From Gallionella sp. (GTDB lineage Bacteria > Pseudomonadota > Gammaproteobacteria > Burkholderiales > Gallionellaceae): DNA of 64,000 bases. Shown piece after piece: positions 9,511 to 18,602 of this stretch. Within the stretch, counting starts at the first letter, position 1. Each line of letters starts with the position of its first letter. The DNA lies in assembly GCA_035605585.1 (NCBI GenBank), contig DASTGP010000011.1, positions 3,834 to 67,833 on the forward strand. The letters are read 5' to 3'. Below the pieces are notes generated by a model. It saw only the letters and a list, made by a program, of their open reading frames with translations, did no database searches and was not told the DNA's origin. Both the position numbers and the translations under genes were made by a program.

Positions 9511-9726
9511 GGCACCTCGAGAAACCTACTGCGTGGTACTCGAATGGGTATGTGGCTTCGACATAACCTGAAGGTTAGTCTTCGCCGAAACTCGCAAAGC
9601 TCGTTTTCTCGTCGCTCCGTTGACCAGCGACTTGGCTGGCGTTCTTTGCCAGCCTTAGTCGAATGGCCATGCAAGGCTCCGTGCGCCTTGCACTCGAACC
9701 GCTCGCTACGGTTTTTCGAGGTGCGC
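9511..9726. repeat. MITE-like element with terminal inverted repeats
   Basis: GCACCTCGAGAAACC (9512-9526) versus GGTTTTTCGAGGTGC (9710-9724), 14/15 complementary; subterminal sequence shared with 59897-60018. Confidence 0.7.
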
Positions 9727-9748
9727 TAGTGTCAGCGGGTCTTTTATT

Positions 9749-10747
9749 ATGAATATCACCGTTATCGGCGCGGGCGCATGGGGAACCGCACTCGCGATCA
9801 GTCTGGCCGCGAACCATCGCGTCACGCTGTGGGCTCGCGCTGCCGAGCAGGTCGAGGCGATGCGCGCCGCGCGTCGCAACCAGCGCTACTTGCCGGATAC
9901 TCCATTTCCTCCCAACCTCGCGCTGAGCGCGAACCTGTCCGCTGCATTGGCAGTCGCCGATCTGGCGATCATCGCCGTGCCGACCGCCGCGTTGCGCACC
10001 ATCCTGCAACAGATCGCCGGGATGCCCAACCGCTTCGGCGTGGTGTGGCTATGCAAGGGGTTCGAGGCGGAGAGCTCCAAGCTGCCGCATCAGGTGGTCG
10101 CCGAAGTGTTGCCGGCAGAATTCCGCTATGGCGTGCTGTCCGGCCCCAGCTTCGCCCAGGAAGTCGCGCGCGGGTTGCCCACCGCATTGACGCTTGCTTC
10201 CGGCGATGCGGAGTTCGCGCGCGATACGGCACAGGCGCTCCACCATGCGCGTTTGCGCATCTACGCCAGCACCGATGTGGTGGGGGTGGAAGTCGGCGGG
10301 GCAGTGAAGAACGTGATGGCGATCGCCGCCGGTATCTGCGACGGCATGGGGTTCGGCTATAACGCACGTGCGGCCTTGTTGACGCGCGGCCTGGCCGAGA
10401 TCACCCGACTCGGTCTGAAGCTCGGCGGGCGGCCTGAGACGCTCTCCGGATTGTCCGGTGCGGGCGATCTGATCCTGACCTGCACCGGGGACTTGTCGCG
10501 CAACCGGCAGGTCGGCCTGCTGCTGGCACAGCAGCACGATCTGGCGGAGATTCTGCATCGGTTGGGGCATGTCGCAGAAGGCGTCTATACCGTGCGTGAA
10601 GTGCACAGCCTCGCGCAACGTCTGGGCGTGGCGATGCCGATCTCCGACGCGGTCTACCGCATCATCTACGAGAAGGTTCCGGCGCGCGAAGTGGTGGCCG
10701 ACCTGCTCAGTCGCACACCGAACTACGAGTTCGACCTCAACCAGTAA
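9749..10747 (+). CDS. gpsA: NAD(P)H-dependent glycerol-3-phosphate dehydrogenase
   Basis: [44 protein letters not shown]. Confidence 0.97.
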   Translation: MNITVIGAGAWGTALAISLAANHRVTLWARAAEQVEAMRAARRNQRYLPDTPFPPNLALSANLSAALAVADLAIIAVPTAALRTILQQIAGMPNRFGVVWLCKGFEAESSKLPHQVVAEVLPAEFRYGVLSGPSFAQEVARGLPTALTLASGDAEFARDTAQALHHARLRIYASTDVVGVEVGGAVKNVMAIAAGICDGMGFGYNARAALLTRGLAEITRLGLKLGGRPETLSGLSGAGDLILTCTGDLSRNRQVGLLLAQQHDLAEILHRLGHVAEGVYTVREVHSLAQRLGVAMPISDAVYRIIYEKVPAREVVADLLSRTPNYEFDLNQ

Positions 10748-11207
10748 CCGCGCCTTCGAAGCCGCATTGCCGCCACGCCTCGAATACCGTCACCGCTACG
10801 GCGTTGGACAGGTTCAGGCTGCGGTTGTCCGGCAGCATCGGCAGCCGCACGCGTTGTGCGGCATCGAATTGCGCCAGCACTTCCGCGGGAAGGCCGCGGC
10901 TCTCCGGCCCGAACAAGAATGCGTCCCCGGCTTGATAGCGGACTTGATGGAATGGCCGGGAGCCCTTGGTGGTGAAAGCGAAGACGCGCGCCGGATCGAA
11001 AGCCGTCAGGCATTCCTTCAGTGTGTCGTGCACACGCAACGTGGCGAATTCGTGGTAATCCAGGCCGGCGCGAATGAGCTGCTTGTCTTCCAGCGTAAAG
11101 CCGAGCGGCCTGACCAGATGCAACTGGCAGCCGGTGTTGGCGCACAGGCGGATGATGTTGCCGGTGTTGGGCGGAATTTCCGGCTGATACAGAATGACGT
11201 GGAACAT
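10737..11207 (-). CDS. trmL: tRNA (cytidine/uridine-34 2'-O)-methyltransferase
   Basis: [38 protein letters not shown]. Confidence 0.96.
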   Translation of the reverse strand: MFHVILYQPEIPPNTGNIIRLCANTGCQLHLVRPLGFTLEDKQLIRAGLDYHEFATLRVHDTLKECLTAFDPARVFAFTTKGSRPFHQVRYQAGDAFLFGPESRGLPAEVLAQFDAAQRVRLPMLPDNRSLNLSNAVAVTVFEAWRQCGFEGAVTG

Positions 11208-11227
11208 GAAAAAGTGCCCGTTAAGGC

Positions 11228-11256
11228 TTGTCAGTGTAAGAAAAAAGGGCTAACTT
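11228..11256 (+). promoter_or_regulatory. Candidate sigma70 promoter of mshE
   Basis: TTGTCA-17 bp-TAACTT. Confidence 0.5.
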
Positions 11257-11304
11257 CACCGGCTGTTATGGCCTCGTTGCAGTAAAACCACTCAGGGAAG
11301 AATT

Positions 11305-13008
11305 ATGGCGCGTCCGGAAAAAGTTCGCTTAGGCGATTTGCTGGTTCAGCAAAAACTTATTTCCCTCGATCAGCTCAAGTTTGCGCTGGAGCAGCAGAAG
11401 CGCAGCGGACGCAAGCTCGGCCGGGTGCTGGTGGACAACGCCTTCGTTACCGAGGAGCAGATCTCCGAGGCGCTCGCCAAGCAGCTCAACATTCCCTACA
11501 TCAACCTCAAGTACTACAACCTCAATCTCGAGCAGGTCCGGTTGCTGCCGGAGAACCAGGCGCGACGTTTTCGCGCCGTCGTGCTGGAGGAACGCAACGG
11601 CATGTTGCTCATCGGCATGGCCGATCCCACCGATCTGTTCGCCTTCGACGAGATCAGCCGCATCGTCAAGCGCGACATCGATGTCGCGGTGGTCACCGAG
11701 GGACAGTTGCTGGAAAGCATCGACCGCGGCTACCGGCGCACCGACGAGATCTCCGGTCTGGCGCGCGAACTCAGCGAAGAGCTGGGCGATACCTATGTCG
11801 ATTTCGGCACCCTGACCGGGGCGGTCGGCGCCGAAGAGGCGCCCGTGGTCAAGCTGCTGCAGACCATGTTCGACGATGCGACGCAGATCCGCGCATCCGA
11901 CATCCATATCGAGCCGCAGGAAGGCAGGCTGATGATCCGCTTCCGTATCGACGGCGCGCTGCACCTGCAAACCGAAGCCGACAACAAGATCGCGCCGGCG
12001 CTGGTGCTGCGCCTGAAGCTGATGTCCGGCCTGGATATCTCGGAGAAGCGACTGCCGCAGGACGGCCGCTTCCAGGTGCGGGTGCGCGATCAGGGCGTGG
12101 ACGTGCGTATCGCCACTTGCCCGACGCAATACGGCGAGTCGGTGGTGATGCGTCTGCTGCGGCAGGAAGGCGGGATGATCAGCCTGGACAAGATCGGCAT
12201 GCCGCCGGAGATGCTGAAGCGCTTCCGCGAGGTCATCAGGCGCAGCAACGGCATGGTGCTGGTCACCGGGCCGACCGGCAGCGGCAAGACCACCACGCTG
12301 TACTCGGCCCTGGCCGAGATCAACACCATCGACCAGAAGATCATCACCGTGGAAGACCCGGTTGAATACCGCCTGGCCGGTGTCAATCAGGTGCAGGTGA
12401 ATGAGAAGATCGACCTGTCCTTTTCGCGCGTGCTGCGTTCCGCCTTGCGCCAGGACCCGGACGTGATCCTGGTCGGCGAAATGCGCGACGTCGAGACGGC
12501 GCAGATCGGCCTGCGCGCCGCGATGACCGGACACCTGGTGTTTTCCACCCTGCACACGCGCGATGCCGCGGGTACCCTGTTTCGCCTGGTGGACATGGGG
12601 ACGCCGCGCTTCATGGTGGCATCCTCGGTGCAGGCAGTGATCGCGCAACGCCTGTTGCGCCGCATCTGCGAGAGCTGCAGCGAGCCGCATATACCCACGC
12701 CGCAGGAAAGCGAGTGGCTGGAGGCCGAGGGCGTGTTGCCCGACCAGTGCCATGGCCTCCTGCATGGGCGTGGGTGCTCGCACTGCAACGGCACCGGCTA
12801 TCACGGGCGCATGGGCGTATACGAGATGCTGGAGATGGGGCGCGAGCTGGTCGAGGCCGCCGCGCATGACAGCTCTACCCATTTCATCCAGGTCGCGCGC
12901 CAGCACATGCGCGGCAAAACCATACTCGACCACGCATTGGCTCAGATGAAGCTGGGGCATACCACAGTCGCCGAAGTGATGCGCATCAGCAACCAGGTCG
13001 AGGATTAA
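11305..13008 (+). CDS. mshE: MSHA-type pilus assembly ATPase (GspE/PilB family, N-terminal MshEN domain)
   Basis: RLGDLL...QQ tandem motif, Walker A GPTGSGKTT, LRQDPDVILVGEMRD, Zn-binding CxxC pairs. Confidence 0.92.
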   Translation: MARPEKVRLGDLLVQQKLISLDQLKFALEQQKRSGRKLGRVLVDNAFVTEEQISEALAKQLNIPYINLKYYNLNLEQVRLLPENQARRFRAVVLEERNGMLLIGMADPTDLFAFDEISRIVKRDIDVAVVTEGQLLESIDRGYRRTDEISGLARELSEELGDTYVDFGTLTGAVGAEEAPVVKLLQTMFDDATQIRASDIHIEPQEGRLMIRFRIDGALHLQTEADNKIAPALVLRLKLMSGLDISEKRLPQDGRFQVRVRDQGVDVRIATCPTQYGESVVMRLLRQEGGMISLDKIGMPPEMLKRFREVIRRSNGMVLVTGPTGSGKTTTLYSALAEINTIDQKIITVEDPVEYRLAGVNQVQVNEKIDLSFSRVLRSALRQDPDVILVGEMRDVETAQIGLRAAMTGHLVFSTLHTRDAAGTLFRLVDMGTPRFMVASSVQAVIAQRLLRRICESCSEPHIPTPQESEWLEAEGVLPDQCHGLLHGRGCSHCNGTGYHGRMGVYEMLEMGRELVEAAAHDSSTHFIQVARQHMRGKTILDHALAQMKLGHTTVAEVMRISNQVED

Positions 13009-13010
13009 AG

Positions 13011-14249
13011 ATGGCCGTATTTGCCTACAAGGGGCGCAACGGACGCGGCGACCTGGTGGAAGGCACGCTGGACGGCGACGACAGCAGCGCCATTGCCGAC
13101 CAGTTGATGCATACCGGCATCATCCCGATCGAGATCAGGCCATTCCGCGGCGTGACGGGGGCGGCAGCGAACAAGCCGGACTGGTTCAAGAAGCTGTTCA
13201 CCGAGAAACCCATCACGCCGATGGACCTGATGCTGTTCAGCCGCCAGATGTACACCCTGCTCAAGGCCGGCGTGCCCATCCTGCGGGCCTTGGCGGGTTT
13301 GCAGGAGTCCACCCAGAATCCCACCTTCGCCGCTATGATCCAGGACTTGCGCGAGAGCCTGGACAGCGGGCGCGAGCTCAGTACGGCGATGCGCCGCCAT
13401 CCCAAGGTGTTCTCGCCGTTCTACGTCAGCATGGTGCAGGTCGGGGAGATGACCGGCATGCTCGACGAGACCTTCATCCGGCTGTATGACCACCTCGAGT
13501 TCGAGCGCGAAACGCGCGAGCGGGTCAAGGCCGCCATGCGTTACCCGACGTTTGTGGTGGTTGCGATGGCGATCGCCATCGTGGTCATCAATCTGTTCGT
13601 TATTCCCGCTTTCGCCAAGGTCTATGCAGGCTTTCATGCCGAGCTGCCGATGCTCACCAAGATACTGATCGGTTTCTCCAACTTCATGGTGCAGTACTGG
13701 GTGCTGATGCTGGCGATGCTGATCGGGGCCGTGATGGGCTTCCGTTATTACATCAATACACCGGACGGGCGATACAACTGGGATAAGTACAAACTCAAGC
13801 TTCCCATCGCCGGCAAGATCATCTTCAAGTCGACGCTGTCGCGCTTCGCGCGCAGCATGGCCTTGTCGTTCAAGAGCGGTATGCCGATCCTTCAAGGACT
13901 GAACGTGGTCGGGATGGTGGTGGACAACGAATTCATGCGCAGCCGCATCGATCAGATGCGCGAAGGCGTGGAGCGCGGCGAGAGTATTCTGCGCACCGCG
14001 GTCGCGACCGGTGTGTTCAATCCCGTGGTGCTGCAGATGATCGCCGTCGGCGAAGAGACCGGCGACATGGATGGCCTGATGTTCGAGATTGCCGAAATGT
14101 ACGAACGCGAAGTCGATTATGAGGTGAAGACCCTGAGCGCGCAGATCGAGCCGATCCTGATCGTGGGGCTGGGCATCCTGGTACTGATCCTTGCGCTGGG
14201 CGTGTTTTTGCCGATGTGGGACCTTGGCAAGGCTGCGATGCATCGATGA
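13011..14249 (+). CDS. mshG: Pilus inner-membrane platform protein (GspF/PilC family)
   Basis: LFSRQMYTLLKAGVPI, VGEMTGMLD, AMRYPTFV, AVGEETGDMD. Confidence 0.92.
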   Translation: MAVFAYKGRNGRGDLVEGTLDGDDSSAIADQLMHTGIIPIEIRPFRGVTGAAANKPDWFKKLFTEKPITPMDLMLFSRQMYTLLKAGVPILRALAGLQESTQNPTFAAMIQDLRESLDSGRELSTAMRRHPKVFSPFYVSMVQVGEMTGMLDETFIRLYDHLEFERETRERVKAAMRYPTFVVVAMAIAIVVINLFVIPAFAKVYAGFHAELPMLTKILIGFSNFMVQYWVLMLAMLIGAVMGFRYYINTPDGRYNWDKYKLKLPIAGKIIFKSTLSRFARSMALSFKSGMPILQGLNVVGMVVDNEFMRSRIDQMREGVERGESILRTAVATGVFNPVVLQMIAVGEETGDMDGLMFEIAEMYEREVDYEVKTLSAQIEPILIVGLGILVLILALGVFLPMWDLGKAAMHR

Positions 14250-14839
14250 CTTTTCAGGATGCGGGATATGGGATGAGGGATATGGGATACGGGCGGCAGC
14301 GGTCTGTATCCTGTATCCCATATCCCGTATCCTCAAAAGGTTTCACCCTCATCGAACTGGTCGTGGTCATTATCATCATTATGGTGACGATGGGGCTGTT
14401 CCTCGATCGGGCGCGGTTTTACCAAGAGCAAGCTGAGAAGGCTGCGATGGAGCAAGTGGTTGGAGCCATACAAAGCGCATTGACCATGCAATATGGCGAG
14501 ATACAGACGCGCGGCAAGGCATCCGATGTGGCTGCCTTGGCGCAAGACAATCCGATGAACTGGCTGCAGAAGAAACCGCACAACTATGCCGGCGAGTTCT
14601 ACGACCCCACGCCGTCGTCCATCGACTCCGGCAACTGGGTGTTCGATCTCAAGTCGCGCGATCTGATCTACGTCGTGCACAATATTGATTACTTTAAACC
14701 GGGCAGGGACGGAAAGAAATGGATACGTTTCCACGTCGTCGTGAGCCGCGAACCCTCGCGCCTACCTTCTCTGCAAGGTGCTCAGCCGGAGTTGACCGGT
14801 TTGCTGTTCGAACCGGTGGAGCCGTATTCGTGGTTCTGA
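14246..14839 (+). CDS. Type IV pilin-like protein (MshB/MshF position)
   Basis: Class III signal SKG|FTLIELVVVIIII; ATG 14246 overlaps mshG stop; leader lengthened by a repeat hairpin. Confidence 0.8.
   Translation: MTFQDAGYGMRDMGYGRQRSVSCIPYPVSSKGFTLIELVVVIIIIMVTMGLFLDRARFYQEQAEKAAMEQVVGAIQSALTMQYGEIQTRGKASDVAALAQDNPMNWLQKKPHNYAGEFYDPTPSSIDSGNWVFDLKSRDLIYVVHNIDYFKPGRDGKKWIRFHVVVSREPSRLPSLQGAQPELTGLLFEPVEPYSWF
14255..14334. repeat. Heptamer-based inverted repeat inside the prepilin leader
   Basis: GGGATAT/GGGATAC units (14255-14293) face ATATCCC/GTATCCT units (14304-14334). Confidence 0.8.
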
Positions 14840-14848
14840 TGGAACCTT

Positions 14849-15460
14849 ATGCACACTGAATTGATAGAAAAAATTCTGTGGCAAGCCCTTGGCGTGTTTT
14901 TGCTGTTGGGCGCCCTGCTCGGCATCCTGGCCGGGCTGCTGCTCATCCTCAAGCCTCAGCTGGTGCATGCGACCAATCGTGCGGCCAGCCACTGGATATC
15001 CACGCGCCGCCTGAACCTGATACTGGACCGCAGCATCAACATCGAGCATTGGTTCTACCGCCATCATCGCCTAACGGGTACGGTTGCCGTGCTGGGTGCG
15101 GCCTACCTTTTTACTTTTTTCGGCCTGTTGTTCGACAAAACGTCAGCCGTTCAGCGCACGGGTGCTTACCTCCCGTTCAAGCTGCAGGAAGGGTTGCTCG
15201 ATGCCCTCGTATTGGGCTCGCTGGCCGGCGCGGCGGTTGCGCTCCTGGCGGGGCTGTTCCTGTGGTTGCGACCCAGCCTGTTGCGCGGCATCGAGGCGGA
15301 TGCTAATCGGTGGGTGTCTACACGGCGCGTCAACAGGGTGCTGGATATGCCGCGCGACCAGGTGGATCGCTTTGTTGAGCAACATGCGCGGAGCATGGGT
15401 TGGTTGCTGTTGCTGGGAAGCTTTTACCTGTTTGTTGCCATGGTCGGCTGGCTGTTGTAG
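14849..15460 (+). CDS. Hypothetical membrane protein with internal duplication
   Basis: Four hydrophobic segments; W(I/V)STRR(L/V)NxxLD occurs twice, 106 aa apart. Confidence 0.8.
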   Translation: MHTELIEKILWQALGVFLLLGALLGILAGLLLILKPQLVHATNRAASHWISTRRLNLILDRSINIEHWFYRHHRLTGTVAVLGAAYLFTFFGLLFDKTSAVQRTGAYLPFKLQEGLLDALVLGSLAGAAVALLAGLFLWLRPSLLRGIEADANRWVSTRRVNRVLDMPRDQVDRFVEQHARSMGWLLLLGSFYLFVAMVGWLL

Positions 15461-15609
15461 TGTCATTGCCGGATGGCCGGTTGCGTGTGCGGAGGGCTTC
15501 GCTTATAGTGAAAGCACTTTGTTGGATTCCGTGTTGCGGCAGGGGATTAACGGGGCGGTTGATGGAGTCAATAATCGGAACTGCGGTTCCGGAATTTTAG
15601 GAGAGCAAA

Positions 15610-16056
15610 ATGAGAAATCAAGCTGGTTTTACCTTGATCGAACTGATCATGGTTATCGTGATTCTGGGTATTTTGGCGGCGACAGCACTGCCGCGCTTTG
15701 CAAACCTGCAAACAGATGCGCGTGCAGCCTCGGCCAATTCCGCACGGGGGGCGATGAGCTCCGCTGCAAACATAGCCCATGCAACGTTTCTTGCGCGTAA
15801 TACGGCAGCAGGGGCGACTATTCAGATCGAAGGGCAAAATGCCACCAATACGAATGGTTATCCGACAGCCGCTGAAATTGCTGCGCTGGCAGGCCTCGGT
15901 GCCACGGGGCAGAATTATGATTGGGCTGTTGCCGGTACAACATTGACCGTGACCCCGGTGGGTGCCGCCGCGACTTGCACTGCCACTTACACCGAAGCCG
16001 CTGCGGCTAATACGCCTCCTACATTTAGCGCTCCGCGGACCGCTGCCGATTGTTGA
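15610..16056 (+). CDS. mshA: Major MSHA-type pilin
   Basis: MRNQAG|FTLIELIMVIVILGILAATALPRF, NGYP motif, two C-terminal Cys, AGGAG RBS, own terminator. Confidence 0.85.
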   Translation: MRNQAGFTLIELIMVIVILGILAATALPRFANLQTDARAASANSARGAMSSAANIAHATFLARNTAAGATIQIEGQNATNTNGYPTAAEIAALAGLGATGQNYDWAVAGTTLTVTPVGAAATCTATYTEAAAANTPPTFSAPRTAADC

Positions 16057-16122
16057 TTCCGGGTGTGATGGAACCGTTTGGAGTGCAATAAACGCAGTGC
16101 ACTGCAATCGATGCTGGTAAGG

Positions 16123-16155
16123 AACAAGGGAGGCTTCGGCCTCCCTTGTTTGTTT
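16123..16155 (+). terminator. Rho-independent terminator after the major pilin
   Basis: AACAAGGGAGGC-TTCG-GCCTCCCTTGTT followed by TGTTT. Confidence 0.85.
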
Positions 16156-16233
16156 CCCGGCTGCGGTTTTTGCTACACTGCGCCCATTATTCCTTTCGGC
16201 GCCAACGGTTGCTGTTGCCTCGCCCCATGCGAT

Positions 16234-16737
16234 ATGGACAAGAGTAACTCTTCAAGGAACGACATTCCGTTTCAACGCGGCTTCACCATGGTGGAGCTTA
16301 TAACCATCATGGTCATCGCCGGCATTCTCGCTGCCGTTGCCGCGCCGCGCTTTTTCGACAACAACGTATTCCAGTCGCGCGGCTTCGCCGACGAGGTAGT
16401 GGCGTCGTTGCGCTACGCGCAGAAGATCGCCATCGCTCAGCGCCGCACTGTCTGCGTCGCATTCGCCGCCGATTCGGTCACGCTGACGATAGACAGCGAC
16501 ATCCCCGCCGATGGCGCTTGCAACCCGGCTCCGGCGGGGAACGTGCAAACGCCGACGGGCGGCCCGGCTTACGTCGTTACCGCGCCTGCGGGCGTCACCT
16601 TCGCCGTGGTGCCGGCGGGTTTCGGCTTCGATGCGCTGGGTGTGCCTTCGTTTGTGGCGCCCCTGGCGATCAATATCGCCGGCGCCACGAACGGCATCAC
16701 CATCGAGTCAGGGACGGGTTATGTGCACTCGCCATAA
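16234..16737 (+). CDS. mshC: MSHA minor pilin MshC-like
   Basis: QRG|FTMVELITIMVIAGILAAVAAPRFF...SLRYAQKIAIAQRR. Confidence 0.8.
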   Translation: MDKSNSSRNDIPFQRGFTMVELITIMVIAGILAAVAAPRFFDNNVFQSRGFADEVVASLRYAQKIAIAQRRTVCVAFAADSVTLTIDSDIPADGACNPAPAGNVQTPTGGPAYVVTAPAGVTFAVVPAGFGFDALGVPSFVAPLAINIAGATNGITIESGTGYVHSP

Positions 16738-17194
16738 CCAGCGCGGCGTCAGCCTGGTCGAGCTGATCATGTTCATTGTCATCGTCGGCGCTGCGCTGGC
16801 GGGCATCCTGACGGTGATGAATACCGTCACCCGCGGCAGCGCCGATCCGCTGGTCCGCAAACAGGCTCTGGCGATCGCGGAATCGTTGCTGGAAGAGATC
16901 GAGTCGCAGGATTTCGCCAATCCGGCAGGCGGATTCGCGGGGGCGGCAACGCAGGCCAATCGCGCGCAGTTCGACGACGTGATGGATTACAACGGCTACG
17001 TCACTGCGGGAGCGTTTTCCATCGACGGAGCCGCACCCGCGGCAGGGTTGGGCAACTATGGCGTTGCCGTGGGCGTGGTGCCTCAAGGGGTGTGGAATGG
17101 TATTGCGGCGGGGAACTCGGTGCTGATCACGGTGACGGTGGCTGCGCCGAATGGCGAATTGGTAACGGCAACGGGGATCAGGACGGCATACTGA
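16721..17194 (+). CDS. mshD: MSHA minor pilin MshD-like
   Basis: QRG|VSLVELIMFIVIV...SADPLVRKQALAIAESLLEEI...FDDVMDYNG. Confidence 0.82.
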   Translation: MCTRHNQRGVSLVELIMFIVIVGAALAGILTVMNTVTRGSADPLVRKQALAIAESLLEEIESQDFANPAGGFAGAATQANRAQFDDVMDYNGYVTAGAFSIDGAAPAAGLGNYGVAVGVVPQGVWNGIAAGNSVLITVTVAAPNGELVTATGIRTAY

Positions 17195-18072
17195 TGAGCA
17201 TGTCATACCGCCAACAAAACGGTTTTACCCTGGTCGAGATGATCATGGTGATCGCGATCACCGGCATCCTCGGCGGTATGGTCGCCATGTTCCTCAATGC
17301 GCCGATCCGGCAATACATGGATGTGTCACGCCGTGCGGAACTGACCGACGTCGCCGATACCGCCCTGCGCCGTCTTGCGCGCGACATCCGCACGGCCGTG
17401 CCGAACAGCATACGCGTCCCGGTTCCGGGTGGCGTCAATACTTTCATCGAATTTCTGCCGGCCAGGGATGGCGGGCGCTATCGCGCCAACGCTGCGGGCG
17501 GTGCGGGCGGCTGTGCGGCGGTTCCCGGCGACACGGGCGGCGATGCGCTGGATTTCACGGGTAACGATACCTGTTTCGAGATCATCGGGCCGCCGATGAC
17601 TTTTGGCGTGGGCGACCAGATCGTGATCGGCAGCACGCAGTCGGATGGCAATCCGCCCTACGATGCGACGGCGGCCGGAATCCTGCGGCCTTACAACGGT
17701 GCGGTGGGAGCGCCGCAAGCGATGGCCGTGATCCCGGCGCTGCGGTTTCCTGCTTTTGCCGAACTGCAGAGCCAGCGGTTCGATGTGGTGACCGGTCCGG
17801 TGACTTTCGCGTGCATCGGTGCGTTGGGGGCGGATGCCAATGGGAACGGGACAGCATCACTAGTGCGCTATGCGGGCTATGGTTTCACCGTCGCGCAGGT
17901 GGCCCCGCCATTCGCCGGGGGAACCCTCCTTGCCAGTAATGTGAGCGGCTGCGCTATCGAGTATTCCCTGCCAAACCAGCGCAACGGCTTGGTGTCCATC
18001 ACACTGACGCTTACCCGCGGCGGCGAGAACGTCAGCCTGCATCACGAAATCCATGTGAGCAATGCGCCATGA
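17194..18072 (+). CDS. mshO: MSHA minor pilin MshO-like
   Basis: QNG|FTLVEMIMVIAITGI...ALRRLARDIRTAVPNSIRV...HEIHVSNAP. Confidence 0.82.
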   Translation: MSMSYRQQNGFTLVEMIMVIAITGILGGMVAMFLNAPIRQYMDVSRRAELTDVADTALRRLARDIRTAVPNSIRVPVPGGVNTFIEFLPARDGGRYRANAAGGAGGCAAVPGDTGGDALDFTGNDTCFEIIGPPMTFGVGDQIVIGSTQSDGNPPYDATAAGILRPYNGAVGAPQAMAVIPALRFPAFAELQSQRFDVVTGPVTFACIGALGADANGNGTASLVRYAGYGFTVAQVAPPFAGGTLLASNVSGCAIEYSLPNQRNGLVSITLTLTRGGENVSLHHEIHVSNAP

Positions 18073-18491
18073 AAAGTTTGCACCAAAAAGGTTTCAGTCT
18101 GGTTTCCGCCATCTTCCTGCTGGTGGTGGTCGCGGCGCTGGGCGCATTTGCGGTAACGATCTCGACCACGCAGAACCAAAGCCAGTCGATGGACCTGATG
18201 GGATCACGCGCCTATCAGGCGGCGCGCGCCGGTATCGAATGGGCGGCATTCAATGTTGCGAATGGCCCCGTGCCATGGGCAGGGTGTCCCGCGGCCCCCG
18301 GCGCACCTGTTGCCATGGACGGGAATCTGGCTGTTTTTACCGTGACTGTGACTTGTGTTTCGGCTCCGTTTGTCGAAGGGGGTGCCACGGTATGGGTGTA
18401 CGATGTAACGTCGACTGCGGTTGTGACCGGTGCTGTTCCGGGCAGCCCGGATTATGTCGAGCGCCAATTGAATGCCAGGCTGGGCGGATGA
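18069..18491 (+). CDS. mshP: MSHA minor pilin MshP-like
   Basis: QKG|FSLVSAIFLLVVVAALG...RAYQAARAGIEW...DYVERQL. Confidence 0.82.
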   Translation: MKSLHQKGFSLVSAIFLLVVVAALGAFAVTISTTQNQSQSMDLMGSRAYQAARAGIEWAAFNVANGPVPWAGCPAAPGAPVAMDGNLAVFTVTVTCVSAPFVEGGATVWVYDVTSTAVVTGAVPGSPDYVERQLNARLGG

Positions 18492-18602
18492 TCTGCGGGT
18501 GATAAAATAAATCGTTTGGTACATCCTTTAGGGGGTGTCGGGTTAAGGACGTGGTGCGAGTTTGGTGGGCCGCTCGTGGCGCCCTCTGGGGGGATTGTGA
18601 AA

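Noticed and set aside
15559-15571. FNR-like TTGAT-GGA-GTCAA upstream of mshA
   Set aside because: Spacer is 3 bp rather than the required 4 bp.
15610-16056. MshA as a conductive e-pilin
   Set aside because: Only 8 F/W/Y in 142 mature residues (about 6%), and it is full-length; below the usual aromatic-density heuristic.
16078-16233. Extended N-termini in the ORF track (for example mshC from 16078, mshQ 18516, bioF 30397, rarA 40036, hemN 58366)
   Set aside because: They run through terminators, repeats or upstream genes; downstream starts fit family N-termini or RBS better.
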